From: Octopus bimaculoides
Lineage: Eukaryota
NCBI RefSeq assembly: GCF_001194135.2
Contig: NC_068996.1
Span: forward strand, 50,449,187 to 50,513,186
Direction: 5' to 3'
Length of the DNA: 64,000 nucleotides
Of the stretch, positions 50,841 to 63,940 are shown piece after piece; within the stretch, counting starts at the first letter, position 1; each line of letters opens with the position of its first letter. The notes below the pieces were generated by a model that ran no database searches, was not told the DNA's origin, and saw nothing but the letters and a program-made list of their open reading frames with translations. The position numbers and the translations under genes are program-made.

Positions 50841-50888
50841 CATGAAATGTACATTCGGGCATTCAACATATTAACTGAATTTCCAAGT
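50841..50888 (+). CDS. BCKDK: BCKDK coding exon 4 (48 nt, phase 0/0)
   Basis: ctcttttag|CAT...AGT|gtaagt. Translates HEMYIRAFNILTEFPS versus human HELYIRAFQKLTDFPP. Too short for the ORF track. Confidence 0.94.
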
Positions 50889-51604
50889 GTAAGTCATTTA
50901 TTTAAATTTATCTGGCAATAATTTTTATTCTATTTAACATCATATAAAAATCTATCAAAACCATACTTCACACTGAACTACTCTATCAAAAGCATTAAAT
51001 GCCAAATAAACAAAACTCATCAATTATTGATGGTATAATTATATGTTCCCTAACATTATATTAGTAAAATTGTAGTGATAAGTTTAGAAATTAATTAGTG
51101 CTGACTGACTTTTGCACTATTGTATCATTGCATTATAAGTGTTCAATTCACTGTAATTTTATTACTTTCTGTAAATTCTGGATGAATGAATTAAATATTA
51201 ATTTCTTTTACCTTCTAGCATTCAGATTATTCTGTCAAATGCAATGCTTATTTATTCACATTGTTTTGAATGAATTAACCCATTTCAACCCAGGTTTTTA
51301 ATTTTGCAATTTGTTGAAATTTTGAAGATAGTTATATAAATAGGGATAGCAAACATGTGGAAGCGTCCAGTTAACCTTTATTGCAGTAAACAAACCAAAT
51401 ACAACTGTCCTCAAACAAGGATAGTGGGTTAAAATGGGTTAATTATGCATTATCTCATAGTTGCAAGATTTCGATGGTGTGAGATTTTACTTTTAGAATG
51501 ACATTGTAGGGTAAATGTGAAAGGCCAGATCTGGCCAATTTGAGCATAAAAGAGGTTGAATATTTGAGCCAGATATGGCTGATTTGAATGCTAAAGGGTT
51601 AGGG

Positions 51605-51922
51605 CAGTGGTTCTCAACCAGGGTCCATATAGCCCCTGGGGGGGGGGGGGTTCAAACAAAATAGTAATTTGAGGATCAACTGTATTATTTTAAGGGTCCA
51701 TGAAAAAAATGTTTAGTTTTGATGTATTTAGAGCAAGAAACGGCTATGTTTCTTTCTGTAACACTTAACATAGTTCAACATGTTTCTTGCTAATGTGTGC
51801 AAGTGAATGTGTGAAAAACTAAATAGGAATTTTGAAAGAAGTATCTTTAAGACGAGGTTTTAAACATCGAATAGATATGGGGGTCTGGGGTCCATGGATA
51901 AAACAATGGTTGAGAACCACTA
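51605..51922. mobile_element. hAT-type MITE
   Basis: CAGTGGTTCTCAACC...GGTTGAGAACCACTA with an 8-bp TSD GGTTAGGG/GGTTTGGG (7 of 8 match). It sits at the end of a piggyBac-type MITE fragment. Confidence 0.8.
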
Positions 51923-52052
51923 GGTTTGGGAAATGCTACACAGTAAAGACTCATTTACAAAGAGGGGACACACACACACAAATACATTAAAAATGATAAT
52001 TTGATTTTTTTTTTTTGTTTTTGAAGTGTACTTTTCTTTTTATTATTTACAG

Positions 52053-52172
52053 ATTCATAACTTTGAGGATGAGCAAAAATATAGTCAAACGTTGAAAAGT
52101 CTTTTGGATGATCATAAAGATGTAGTCTCTTTATTGGCTGAGGGTCTTGGAGAATCTCGCAAACATATCAAA
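52053..52172 (+). CDS. BCKDK: BCKDK coding exon 5 (120 nt, phase 0/0)
   Basis: tatttacag|ATT...AAA|gtaatt. Translates [40 protein letters not shown] versus human ...[24 protein letters not shown]. Confidence 0.96.
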
Positions 52173-52298
52173 GTAATTTGAATTCATTTTTTTTTTAAAG
52201 TTCAACATAAATGACATCAAACTTTATAAGCACCAATTTCAGCTAAGAACTGAGCAACTGATCAGGTCCAAACCCAAATCTTATATATATATATATAT

Positions 52299-52490
52299 TC
52301 ACCGTGATTGATCGCTGGCCACTAAACCTTTTTTATTTTCTCTCCCTGTTTATTTCTGTGTACCTTTCTGATGAAGAGCGTAGGCTCGAAACGTAAATGA
52401 CTTTCTCACTTTCCAAGCATTAAACTAATACATCTGTTTGTTGTTTACACACCCGTTTTCGTCTTATGTTTTGTTTTGTAAATTCCAACT
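52299..52490 (+). mobile_element. (TA)n-flanked Penelope-LTR/retrozyme-like fragment; an inverted truncated relative lies at about 9066-9162
   Basis: Carries the hammerhead motif and shares TAAACTAATACA.CTG.TTGTTGTT with the reverse complement of 9066-9162. Confidence 0.6.
52364..52399 (+). ncRNA. Minimal type I hammerhead ribozyme motif
   Basis: CTTT-CTGATGA-A-GAGC gtag GCTC-GAAA-C-GT-A-AATG. The core is intact, stem II has 4 bp, stem III is the palindrome ACGT and stem I has one mismatch. Confidence 0.65.
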
Positions 52491-52537
52491 ATATATATCT
52501 ATCTATATATATATACACATATATATACATATATATA

Positions 52538-52720
52538 TCATCATCATCATCATCGTTTAACGTCCGCTTTCCATGCTAGCATGGGTTGGACGATTTGACT
52601 GAGGACTGGTGCAACCGGATGGCTACACCAGGCACCAATCTAATTTGGCAGAGTTTCTACAGCTGGATGCCCTTCCTAACACCAACCACTACGAGAGTGT
52701 AGTGGGTGCTTTTACGTGTC
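52538..52720 (-). mobile_element. RTE-type LINE 3' end; further copies at about 25479, 25784, 27205, 43478(+), 50095(+), 54680, 56396(+) and 62525
   Basis: Shared (CAT)n-TTTAACGTCCGCTTTCCATGCTAGCATGGGTTGGAC terminus. Confidence 0.85.
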
Positions 52721-53044
52721 ATATATATAGTATATATATATATATATATATATATTCTTTCTTGACATTACAACCAGTCAATTTACGCTTTCGAAGTATC
52801 TGTGGAATAGAAAATCCTTTACTTAGATAACAAGTAATGATTGGCAATTGGAAGAGCAACTAGCCATAAAATTCTATTGCTAATAAATCCCAGTCCAGCT
52901 TATGCTAGCATGGAAAAATGGGGTTAAATGAACAAATAAGCTTAAGACAAACATGCAGATGCTCAGAAATACGTATGCACATAGCTTTTATTGATATTAT
53001 TTTCTTCTTGGTAATTTTGAATTTTTATTTTTTTATTTTTTTAG

Positions 53045-53143
53045 GATGACAACTTGATAAAAATCTTTCTTGATCGTACTTTAACTTCAAGATTGGGTAT
53101 TCGAATGTTAGCAGAGCATCACTTGGCAATGCACGAAGAAAAG
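53045..53143 (+). CDS. BCKDK: BCKDK coding exon 6 (99 nt, phase 0/0)
   Basis: tttttag|GAT...AAG|gtatgt. Translates [33 protein letters not shown], containing the [15 protein letters not shown] family motif. Confidence 0.96.
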
Positions 53144-56100
53144 GTATGTTTCTTTAAATGACTATCGGATAAAAATTATTTCTTTTCTCTTGAAAATATT
53201 TTTCTATTTTTTTTCCACACTTTACTATATTAGTTTGAATAGATCCTCACAACTAAGAATGTTAATGGGACTGTTAGAAAGAAATTTAGAATCTTAGAAT
53301 TATGTTAGCTTTTGGATATGTAGGTGAAAATATTTAATTCTTGGATTATATAGCTTCATTAAGCCATCATTGCTCTTTTTTTTTTGTTTTTAGAGTAAGT
53401 CTAAGTTATTTTTCTGTTATATTTCTATGCATTATCTTTATTCTTTCTCAATACTGAGGTATTATTTACACAATATTTCAAATCTCATGTTATTCTAGTT
53501 GAACAAAAATAAATATATACATATATTAGTTAACTTATTTTAATGTTGATATATTTTCTCATTGGCATATTGGCTAATAAAGGGGAAGAGGGATATTTGG
53601 GTTTTCGTATGGAAATGAGAGAAACACAAATTGGAGTTTTGTCATCATTTGTAAATCATCATAAGAAGAAAAGTGTTTGCTGTTTTGTTTTGCAAAATGG
53701 TCAAGTGAGTGAATGTTAGATATTGGGTTTTGTTTGTTTTGTAATGTGTGATTTATATGAGTTGTTAGAGTTTGGGAGTTGAGTAAATGAGTATTAAAGT
53801 ATACAGTCAGTTTATCAAATATATTTAGGTTTTATAGGTGGTGGTGGAAGGAATGAGGTTTGGATGTTGTGCTATTATAGTATCTATAATGAATAGCTTT
53901 GTAGAGAGACTGGTTTTAGTGTAGTATAGATGTGTGTGTGTGTGTATATTATAGCGATGTGATAAATATAAGATGCAAAATTATGTAATGAAATGTAAGT
54001 TTTTCTGCTCAACTTTTAATGCAAAAATATCAAAACTATTCTAAGACTTTAGTTACCAAATATGAAATGTGTTTTTGGAATATCCAGGGTAAATTATTTT
54101 TATTAAACATAACCATGAATTTATATGTCTGTAGAGCAACATTTACACTGTATTAAGCAAGGCTATGGAGTTAAGCACAGAATAATTGATAATCATCTTT
54201 GATATTATATGAAGAATAGGTTCTTTTACATTTCTGGGAAGTTTTCGTTCTACATGCAAAAAGAACAAAGCATTTTTTTAAACATTACAATACTTTAATA
54301 GGTTTGATGACTTGTATACTAGTCATATCCTACCATGTACTTATTTGAATAATCTTAGACTGTTTTTTTTTTCAGTAGTAGTTGGGTCAAGGTGGAGCTC
54401 TTGTAATGAAATTCTTATACAGATTGAGTTCATTTTAGATTGGTTCTATTTATGCTTCTATTTGAATTGGAATAACTTGTTATCACCAAACTTAGAAACT
54501 CTTGTAGCATTGCTGGCCAAATCAAACACTTGTATGTTTCTTTCTAGTTGAAATACTTGTTTTACATTTTAAATAGTAGACAATGTAATATTACTCAAGC
54601 AAATGGCATTATGCAAATTAGCTTGTCTTAGCAGTTATTAATCTTATTTTCTGATATTTAAATAATTTGACTTTGGCTCATCATCATCATTGTAATTTAA
54701 CGTCTGCTTTCCATGCTAGCATGGGTTGGATGGTTCGACTGAATTCTGGCAAGCCAGTAGGCTGCACTGGACCCCAATCTGATCTGGTATGGTTTCTACA
54801 GCTGGATGCCCTTCCTAACGCCAACCACTCCAAGAGTGCAGTGGGTGCTTTTTATGTGCCACTGGCACAGGAGCCAGTCAAGCAGCACTGACATCGGCTA
54901 TGCTCAAATAGTGCTTTTGTATGCCACTGGCTCAGTTTTATATTTTCGAGTTATAGCAGATATTCTGTTATTCTGATTTATTCCAACATTCTAAAATTTG
55001 AATGAATGAACGAACGAATGAAATTTTCTATTAGACTGTAGATTATTTTTTAAAAATTGTCGACTATAATTTTTTTTAAAAGCTGTATTCCTTTTCCTGG
55101 CAAGATTTCACTTACTGAAAATGGCTTTACTTTTACTCTCAGCGTTGGATCCTAGTTAACACCAGTTTATCCAAATCGTTGATAACTTTTAATAAAAATA
55201 AGTTTTGTTTCACTGTGATAAGGTTCGTAGTAATTCTCTTGATACCTTCTTCTTGTGTATCTCTATAAATAGGAATTAGTGAAATTGGAAGCTGTGTTTA
55301 ATAGTTTTTCAGACTTTGAAACTGCTGTGATACAATTTTCTGCATTTATTTTAAACAAAAATCTTTATTTATTGTCTTGTAAACTCATATCTCTTCTGCC
55401 TTGCCTTTTTTCTTTTTCCTGAGGCCTATTTCCGATGGCATAGTTTGCGTTGAGGGTCTCAGAAAACCTCGTAAACGTATCGATTTCTTGTTTATAACTC
55501 ATTTGATTTAATTTTGAATCCTTCAGTAGAAGAAAGGCCGAGTGGGTTATTAAGCATAAATCACAAATGAGCCTCCTAAAGTGGTCCATAATTCTAAACG
55601 TGTCACAATCTTAGCCTCGATTTAAAAGTAAGGCAGGTGTAACGGGAGATAACTCTCAAGTTAATTGATAGTTTTTCCTTTCTGAATTTCTTTATTGGTT
55701 GTTTGGTGTCAGAAGCAAAAATTTAACATTGTGAACAAATGTTCGATAATGCTCTTTGCGTTAAAAAAATGCCTCAGCTTTTATTTTGAAATAAATGTTC
55801 AGTTAATGAAAATATTTGATCAGAATGAAATTCCATTTATATTAACTATTAATTTTTGTCATTAGTTATATTAAGTCATTCTTTATTTGGAATATGTTGT
55901 AGGCTAACACATGGACAACGGTTCAACGACAATAATTATCTTTTCCTATTTTTATTAGTTATTTAAAAAAAATTTCTTGTTCTTAGATTTAATGAGTATT
56001 CTACCAATTCTCGTATATTAAAAGTGAAAGTCATCTTGTTTTGATCTTAGAAAGTGGATATTACTATGGAAATATTGATAAATTACAATTTATAGGAAAG

Positions 56101-58778
56101 AGACGTACAATCTCAGATCCACTTTGTGATTTCATCTTATATATATATACTGGCAAAACTATATAACAATTTTCCTTAAAATATTTTCGTTGTTTATAAA
56201 TACAGTTTTTGTTAACTCTTAAACCACCACACACGTTCAGGTTTTCTAGATGTGTTGTTTAGCTCTAATTAACTCTTTTCTATTTCTGTGGTCTTGACTG
56301 CATTCTTAGTCTTCTTTTGTTAATTCTCAGACTCTGTAAAATATAAATGATGTCTTGTATCTTCTGCTTTGTATATATTTACTCATTTTTGACGTTAGGA
56401 AGGGCATCCAGCTGTAGAAACTCTGCCAAATTAGATTGGAGCCTGGTGTTGCCATCCGGTTTCACCAGTCCTCAGTCAAATCGTCCAACCCATGCTAGCA
56501 TGGAAAGCGGACGTTAAACGATGATGATGATGATGATGATGATTTTTACCTTCTTCCACTAATAATCTTAAACAGTAGTATAAATTAGGTGAACTTCATC
56601 TTTGAGTATTTTATTAGCAATAAAATAGATTGCAAAGAAAATTTCCATAAAGAAATTTGATTCTTAGCACTGGAATATGGGTTGCTTCCTACAGTGCAGC
56701 ATATTGGGGAAATGTCTTTTACCATAATTTCTGGTTGACTAATACCTTCTAAGTAGAATTTCGTTCATGGAAACTGTACATATCCCTTTACCACCATATC
56801 TGCTGTCTTTGCAGATACTCCTACCTTTATATAATGTGGGCTAGCCATTATATAGAAAGACACAGGCTTGTTTCTGTATTGTAATTTAGTCTCCGAACAC
56901 TTAGCATAAAGCCATCTCCTTCTTTCAGTCGAAGAGCTATTTCCTTTCCCTTCCCTTGACTTGCAAGTATTTAACAGCCTCAGTAGTGTTGGTGGTATCA
57001 AAAAAACCACCTAGTGATGTATATTGGTAAAAGATATAAATATTGTCTAGAAAACCAATAAGATTTAGAGTAAAAAATACTGTGGGTTGTTCGAATTGCA
57101 CGAACACTAATTTACAATATAAAATATAGAAAATAAATGTTCCCTCATGTGTAGAAACTGGGGTGGATTTATTCACTTTTGATGATGCTGTTTTATAAGT
57201 TATGTGTGTGTAATGATTTTTATGTTCAGTTTTTCCATACTGGCACAGGTTGCACAAGACTTACTGAGATAATATTCTGTGGCTGAATACTCTTTCTAAC
57301 ACTTACTCTTGTTTTCAATTAAGGTGTTTCATTTCATGTCTTTGCATCACTGAGTTACTGAGCCGTACAACCAAAGATTCGAGGAGACACACACAGGTAC
57401 ACATACAAGAAGCTATACATGCATACATACATGCATGCATGACCATAGGCTATAGTAGAAAATATTTGCCCAAGTGCTCAAAACCTTGTGTTTGCAAAGC
57501 AAACCCTGACCGCACAGTCATGCCAGAAAGTTAGGTTTGGAACCTTGTAACTCCAGACTTGACCATGCTGCATGACACCATCTTTTCTATCAATATGTTA
57601 AGAAAATATACTTTTTCACATAATATTTTCATACAAAGGCATAAGTGATACAATTATTTGAACCTGTTGCAGACTTGTGATAGATGCATCGTGCCAAGGT
57701 CTTGCAACTACTCAGTAGGATCCATATACTTTGATATGTTTAGGGAATAGTAAAGTGAGTTGGGGATTAACTGCTTAAAATCAAAAGTGTTGTGGAAACA
57801 AGAGTGGAGTCTTTCTGAAAGATGAAAATTTAAGAGCCATCTAAGTTTATACATTCATTCTTTAAGTTTATATTTTAAATACAGATGAGGAATTCATGAA
57901 ATATAGACAAGTGTAAATGGGTGAGGAAAACTGATCTTTCTGATGGCATATAGATTTGTGAGTTCTCTGTTCTTCTGAAATATATTGGTTTCTTGTTTGA
58001 TTAATTATATATATATATCAGGGTTTTTTCGAGTTTTTAATTTTAATTGAAATTTAGTTTCTATTAATACTGTTAATATAAACGTATGTCTGGACAATAC
58101 TGTGATATATATTCATGTAAATTCTTGATGGAAAAATTTGCTTTGTGTCAAGTTAGTTTCTTCCCTTTATGATTTATTTGTCTGTCCTTAGAGTTTCTTT
58201 TGTAAAATAAAATTTGCAAATTTGGTTTAAGTTTTTGTGTTGTAAGAAATTAAGAATCTGATTGATTTAAAGCAAAATCTCTATTTGTTGTGGGAGGATT
58301 TCAGAAAAGGAGAAATTGTTATCAAGAATTTAATAAGTTTGTGAAAATGGGTGGTTGAAGAAAGATTGGGTAACTTGGAATAAAGGATGCTAATAGGGTT
58401 TCAAATTCCAGAATCTCACTAAATTTCATGCAGATATGAAAACATGTTTTCCTAAATTTATCTTCAATGTGTGGCAGTATGTGTGTATGTTTTCTGTTAT
58501 TTCCATATTCTGTAGATAATTGTGAGAGTTTAAACTTTATTTCGAATTCAAATGTTCTTAATGACATATGTTCACAATTACAAAAATATTAGAAAAATAT
58601 CTTCAGTTATCATTTGAGTAAATACACAAGCCTCTCTTAAATATTTTGCCTCAAAAATTATAAAAATGACTATCACTACTATTTGCTATGCTGGCAAAGA
58701 AAAAATCATGATATTCCAATAATACTATTTCATAATATTATTCTGTGATTTTGGAGGATTTGGTGCAAATGGTGGTAA

Positions 58779-58809
<31 letters not shown>

Positions 58810-60765
58810 CTTGCTTTCAAAACACTCTTTAGTTGATATTTTAATTCATTTGTCTTCAACTGAAAAACAGATAAAAGTCAATAAAAGCAAGAAGTAATAT
58901 TTCATGGTTCAGTCAATTGAAAATTTATACTTATAAATTTAACAAAAGGATCGTTGTTAATACAAAATCGTGCATTTCTTGTAATGTTGTAGATCTGTTT
59001 TCAAAACTCTGAAATTTATTTTGTGTCATCTTTGCATAATCCTTTAAGCAACTGAATATAAAGAATGGAACAAAAGCAAGTTCAACAACACTAAGCAAAT
59101 TTCAGGACAAACTGGTGGGTGGGAGTGGTTATACAGATGCTGCTTTTTTTCTTTTTTCTTTTAAGAAGTTATACACACACACACACATGTACATAGATTC
59201 ATACATATACAATTATTTATGACTAGCTCCTGTTTTTCTGTTTTTCTTCTTTTTTTTTTTCCGTGTTTTTCATGCATATTACATTTGCCATTTAAACAAT
59301 CTTTTTTTTATACACTGAATATTGTGTGCAAGTGTGTTTTCCTAATCGATATTTGTCATGGGTCTTCTTACAGAGTTCTAAAAATGTTTAAGTTTATGTT
59401 TTGATTGTTTGTTTGTATTTATCTGTGTTCTTCAATTTTTAATTAAATTTTTTTTTTCTTCTTTTGCACGATAATAAGATTGATTAATCTAATTTCAAAA
59501 ACAAGCTTACTGGCATTAACTAGAATACATTATCATTTCACTTTCAGGGTTTAATATTTCATCGTTTAGAATTGATAAATTATTTGATGGAATTTTTTAT
59601 TATATTTTACACAACATGTGTAATTTTATTTTTAAGTGCTTTGAAAAGTTTTTTTTTTCCTTTCAGATAGTTTTCTTTTTCCTTCTTGTTAAAAATTCAA
59701 ATTAGATTCTTTATTACATCATATTTTAAAGTGGGAGAAAAATTCTACCATTCAATCATTAAATTGGAATAAGTACTTAACTATATTGATACATTTTAGG
59801 AAAAATATTCGACAAGGTTCATTAACTAGTGAAGTATAAAATTTAGTCTGGGGGGAAATCTAATTTTATGAATCCGATGACTTTACAATTTTATTTCAGT
59901 TAGATGAGATATTAATGTTAGGTATACATACAGTGCTTATGTGTGTGTGTGTGTGGTATAATTATTATATATCTACATATAGTTACACAGCACATTCATA
60001 TATATACGTGTATATATATATATGCACATGAATATAAATGGATGTACTGGGTGTGTGTATGTATGCATATATATATAATATATATTCCATTATGGTGTAT
60101 CAGCTGGATGACTGAAATGAATTAAAAGCATACTGTGTATATTTTGAACTGTTACCAAAGGCCACTTTGACTTACATATTTTTTTGAAGTTGATAGAATA
60201 ATTATGGCTGTTGATATAATTGACTATAAAGAAGATGGCACCACAGACAAGTGGCAGAAATCAGCAAGAGGAATATAAGAATATATAATGTGTGTGTGTT
60301 TGTCTGTGTAATTGAAACAACAGAATTTGAAGAAACTAGGGAAATTCTCTGTCAGCAACTAGTACAAAATGTTTGCAAAGTGGAAAGAAGTGAGAAAAGT
60401 GTAACTGTTTTGGGGCAGGGTCCTTTGACTGATGTAGAGTCCCACCTGAAATATTAGGCATCCTCCTCTCTCTCTTTCTCTCTTTCTCTCTCTCTTTCTT
60501 TCTCTCTCTCTCTCTCTCTCTCTCGCAGCAAATTAGTATTATTGTTATTTTTTCTATTTTACAAACTACATAAGTTTGGGTGAGTAAAAACAAAGTCATG
60601 TATAAACATATATATTTCTGCGAGAGAAATTCTAGAAGAAAAGAAATGTCACTTTTCTTCTCTTCTGTTGAAAAAAAAAAAAAAAAACCTCTTTCTTTCT
60701 TTTAATTTTTTTTTTGTTGCCATTCTGTTGCCCACGTTTTGCCTATAGGTTCTCATTCTCCACAG

Positions 60766-60839
60766 CCTAACCATGTTGGGATCATCAATGTGAATTTCTC
60801 TCCTCGCAAACTTATTGAAAAGAAAGCAGAGTTTGTAAG
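60766..60839 (+). CDS. BCKDK: BCKDK coding exon 7 (74 nt, phase 0/2); gene continues beyond the window
   Basis: ctccacag|CCT...GTA AG|gtaaga. Translates PNHVGIINVNFSPRKLIEKKAEFV(R) versus human [25 protein letters not shown]. No exon 8 found by eye before 64000. Confidence 0.92.
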
Positions 60840-61264
60840 GTAAGATATAAAACTGCATCCACCGGGACACTGTTAGGTTTCACAACTTAAATGCTATGAT
60901 TATATACATATATATATATTTTTTAACTGTGCTGACTCTGGCTGATTTTTATTTATTGATATTTTTGCTTTTTATTTACTTTTTAGGTGTGGTTAGATAT
61001 GTGTATTTAAGTGTGTGTGCGTGTGTGTTAGCTTTAAAGTGTTTTTTGTTTGTTGTTTTTCCTGACTTGGTTAATTTAGGTAAGGAATAATTTTAAGATT
61101 TGCCCAATATTTATTGCGTGTATATGTATGTGTGTGTACATATACACACACATGTATGTATGTGTGTGTGTATGTTTTATAACATGAACTGCAATCACAA
61201 TAATAATTCTTCTGATATTCAGATGCTCTCTCTCTCTCTCTCTTTGTCTGTTTGTCTGTCTGTC

Positions 61265-61302
<38 letters not shown>

Positions 61303-61905
61303 GAACTAAACTATTATCATTTGGGACTAATTTTTAAACAGATAAAAAATGAAAATACAATAATGATCTTATAGCTTAGAAATTAAGAGTGGCAAGGAAA
61401 AGAGAGGGCTTGTGCCCAAAGATATTTAAACTTTTAAATTCATTTTGTAATATCAAAGGAATAAAATGTATTTATTTGACATAGCATTTTTGAGGATTTA
61501 ATAAATACCTGGTGTTGAGGAAAAGATTGTACTTTGTTGTCAGAAATAATGTGTGCTATTTCTCTTGATAAAAGCATGGAAGTATCACTCTGGAAAACTA
61601 TATTATATATAGTCAAAACTATATTATATGAATAAAACAAAGGAAAAAATTAAGTGATTGTGATAAGGAGAAGGAATCACGAAGAAATTAGGCAAAAGAT
61701 AGTTTAGCCATTCACTTCTATGCCCTGTTTTTCTATACTGGTATAGTTTATGTAGCTTGGGTGACTGCTTATTAGAGACATTATTTTGTGGCTGGATGCT
61801 TTTCAGGTTAACAACCTTTACCTGTTTTTCAATTTAGGGATGTTGATTCTCTTGTTTGCACAAAGCACAAAGTTTCACAATATATTGTTTTTATAGGTGA
61901 TTTAA

Positions 61906-62107
61906 CCCTTTAATATTTAAACTGGCCATATCAGGCTCAAATTTTCTATTTGCTTTATGTTCAAACTGGCCGAATCTGGCTTCACATTGTCATTCTAAAA
62001 ATAAGCAATCACATCGAAATCTCAATGCTACAAGATAATGGATGATTACTTAAAATCAATGTGAATAAATAAGCATTACATTTGATAATAATCTGGATGC
62101 TAAGGGG
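61906..62107. mobile_element. piggyBac-type MITE (second family); fragments at about 720-810, 46085-46170 and 51430-51600
   Basis: TTAA|CCCTTT...AAGGGG|TTAA. Confidence 0.75.
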
Positions 62108-63657
62108 TTAATTGTGACATTGTTTTATTCAAAATATGATGAGCTTCATCTAATTTTCAACTACCAGTTCCACTCACAAGGTATTAGTTAATCTAAGGGT
62201 ATAGTAGAGAATATTACCCAAGGTGCCACACAGATAGAATCTGACGCCATGTGGTTACAAAGACAATTCCATATCCACACAACCATTCACACGCTTAAGT
62301 AATATAATTATGGTTATAAAGTTCGTAAAGATTTTAGGATTGTCCAAGTAGTTACCTTCATTGAAATTTTCAATAATAGTTTTATACTGAAACCACATTA
62401 TTCTACTATTAGCATTGTTGTATTGTAATTAATGCAATTTGTTATATCCTCTCCACCTGCAGAAACACTCATTTGTCTGGCTGAAAGCAAATTATTAATG
62501 CATAATGCAAGGGTAATGCATCCTTATCATCATATAACGTCCTCCTTTCATGCTAGCATGGGTTGGACAGTTTGAGGGAAACTGACCAGGCAGAAGTCTG
62601 CACCACACTTCTGTGTCTGTTTTGGCATGGTTTTTTTACAACTTGATGCTCTTCCTAACACCAACCATTCTGCAGAGTGGACTGAGTGCTTTTTACCTGG
62701 CACCAGCACAGGCAAGGTCAGTTTTGGCATGGTTTTTACAGCTGGATGCATTTCCAAATGTCAATCACTTTACAGTGTGGACTGGATGCTCTTTATGTGG
62801 CACCATGTAGTAAAGGGTAAAATTATAAAAAACTTACTAATTAATTAAATAATGAAGTTGAGAGAGAGAGAGAGAGATACAGGATATAATTTAGAAAGAT
62901 ACCATTTATTGTTTTACAAAGACTTGGAATTACAGACCTTTTTTTTGTGTGTGTGTGTGTGTGTGAGAATTGGCAAAGAGCAACTTTAGATTTGTTGACC
63001 AAAAGAAATCTAAATTAGATCTTATATTTTGTAGTTTAGCAGACTGAATGAATAGTTTGAGAAGTTGAGTATAATCTAAGGAGTAGTAGTAGTAGTCGAG
63101 TCTGGCTTTAAAATGTGATGCTTTTCAAATGCTTTGATATTGACTCAAGAAAAATGTAAAGTATTGCAAACACTTCCAGTCTGTACCAACAAAAGAAAAG
63201 TAGGTTTTAATTTGAATAAAAGCAATTATAATAATACTAAAGGTTTATAAAAGTATTGATTCAAGACGCATGACAAAATATTAATCATGGTATTTCATTT
63301 CTTATTTTAAAATGTCTAACAGAAACAGAATTGTTTGAATCTAAATATTAACACTTTTATTATCTTATCTTTGTTGAAACTCACTGGTTTTGTTTTAATT
63401 AATTTTGAAAGTAATGAAGAATTTAGTAAAGTAACTTTGTCATTATTAAACTGGTGTTTTGGAACATAAATTAACATGAAATTTTGATGGAAGGGTTTAA
63501 TTTAGATCACTCTAAAACAAAAAAATTTTTTTATCATAGAACGAGGAGTGATCTCAGGCAGGCTGGAATGAAAAGAGTTAAAGACTAATATATAGCTATT
63601 TTATTTGTGGACTGGTTGTAAAGAATATCCTCTCTCACTGAATGTGTGTGCATGTAG

Positions 63658-63728
<71 letters not shown>

Positions 63729-63940
63729 TATATACATGCACCACACACACACACACACACACACACATACATGTGCTTCTCTCAGACTATTCTTTCCCTT
63801 ATAAAGAACTATGCTCAAAATGTCATGCCCCCTTTTCTATCCATCTTAAACTGCGCGCCAACCTAATACATTCAATGTGTACATCTTTCTGAATTTTATT
63901 NNNNNNNNNNNNNNNNNNNNNNNNNNNNNNNNNNNNNNTA

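Noticed and set aside
60251-60457. 68-aa ORF and other candidates for BCKDK exons 7-8 (55900, 58340, 60990)
   Set aside because: No similarity to the expected peptides or in-frame stops; the true exon 7 is 60766-60839.
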